Below, piece by piece: positions 63,679 through 64,000 of a DNA stretch of 64,000 bases. Position 1 is the first letter of the stretch. The number at the start of each line of letters is the position of its first letter. A model generated the notes under the pieces. That model made no database searches. It saw only the letters and a program-made list of their open reading frames with translations, and was not told where the DNA came from. Origin of the DNA: an uncultured Candidatus Bathyarchaeia archaeon (GTDB lineage: Archaea; Thermoproteota; Bathyarchaeia; 40CM-2-53-6); assembly GCA_964533505.1 (NCBI GenBank), contig CAZHKA010000042.1:26656-90655 (forward strand), given 5' to 3'. A program made the translations under genes and the position numbers.

Positions 63679-64000
63679 ATGTCCGCACAAGGAATGCAAG
63701 TAATGATTCTGAGAGAAGGTTCCCAACGTACTACAGGGAAAGATGCTCAGCGAAACAACATACTCGCCGCGAAAGTCATCACTGAAACCATCAAGACCAC
63801 ACTCGGCCCGCAAGGCATGGACAAAATGCTGGTCAGTGGCATGGGTGACGTCGTGATAACAAACGACGGCGCAACAATAATGAAGGAACTAGATGTTCAA
63901 CACCCGGCCGCCAAGATGCTGGTTGAAGTAGCGAAGAGCCAAGACAGTGAAGTGGGCGACGGTACAACCACCGTCGTCGTGCTCGCCGGCGAACTCTTGA
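63679..64000 (+). CDS. ths: thermosome (group II chaperonin) subunit, 5' part; continues past right edge
   Basis: Own translation: [52 protein letters not shown]...[50 protein letters not shown]. Confidence 0.95.
   Translation, partial: MSAQGMQVMILREGSQRTTGKDAQRNNILAAKVITETIKTTLGPQGMDKMLVSGMGDVVITNDGATIMKELDVQHPAAKMLVEVAKSQDSEVGDGTTTVVVLAGELL

Overview
This is an archaeal chromosomal window. Evidence: a thermosome gene at the right edge, a Tfx regulator, an AbrB-PhoU regulator, Mvh/Hdr, several F420-family enzymes, frequent TTG/GTG starts and 4-nt gene overlaps. G+C is roughly 50% but heterogeneous. No rRNA, convincing tRNA, CRISPR array or intact transposase was seen.

Gene content, left to right:
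- Respiratory module: an EB_dh-like heme protein, a Rieske protein and cytochrome b. Nearby are a UbiE/MenG-like methyltransferase, a bacterioferritin-like protein and MarR.
- Two tandem amt paralogs with no glnK.
- kdpABC plus an APC permease.
- An F420-type oxidoreductase pair.
- A secreted beta-propeller-like repeat protein.
- A glycyl-radical enzyme with its activase, next to nikR.
- Housekeeping enzymes: a VOC dioxygenase, fumC, an M20 peptidase and an SDR.
- CDGSH/DUF302, HtrA and PhoU.
- A six-gene hdrCBA-mvhDGA cluster.
- An MFS transporter, an ABC-2 exporter, an isochorismatase-family hydrolase, a HAD hydrolase and an LLM oxidoreductase.
- A vapBC cassette beside an ORF-poor, repeat-rich stretch.
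- A Mo/W uptake neighbourhood: WtpABC-like transporter, a modE-like remnant, Tfx and Mop.
- An AT-rich patch of tiny membrane proteins and gene fragments.
- A CsoR-like repressor with an atypical P1B ATPase, then BON, TPR and TRASH proteins.

Most interesting candidates:
1. The hdr-mvh cluster is bracketed by two paralogous six-Cys proteins that I cannot assign to any family.
2. An archaeal Cys-x-Glu type glycyl-radical enzyme of unknown substrate.
3. The Tfx/ModE-like/Mop/Wtp neighbourhood.
4. A proline-less P1B ATPase with a palindromic operator.
5. A repeat pair framing vapBC.

Caveat: at least six genes carry single-base frameshifts, several at short homopolymers. This may be assembly error rather than biology. 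All family calls come from motif recognition by eye. No database search was run.
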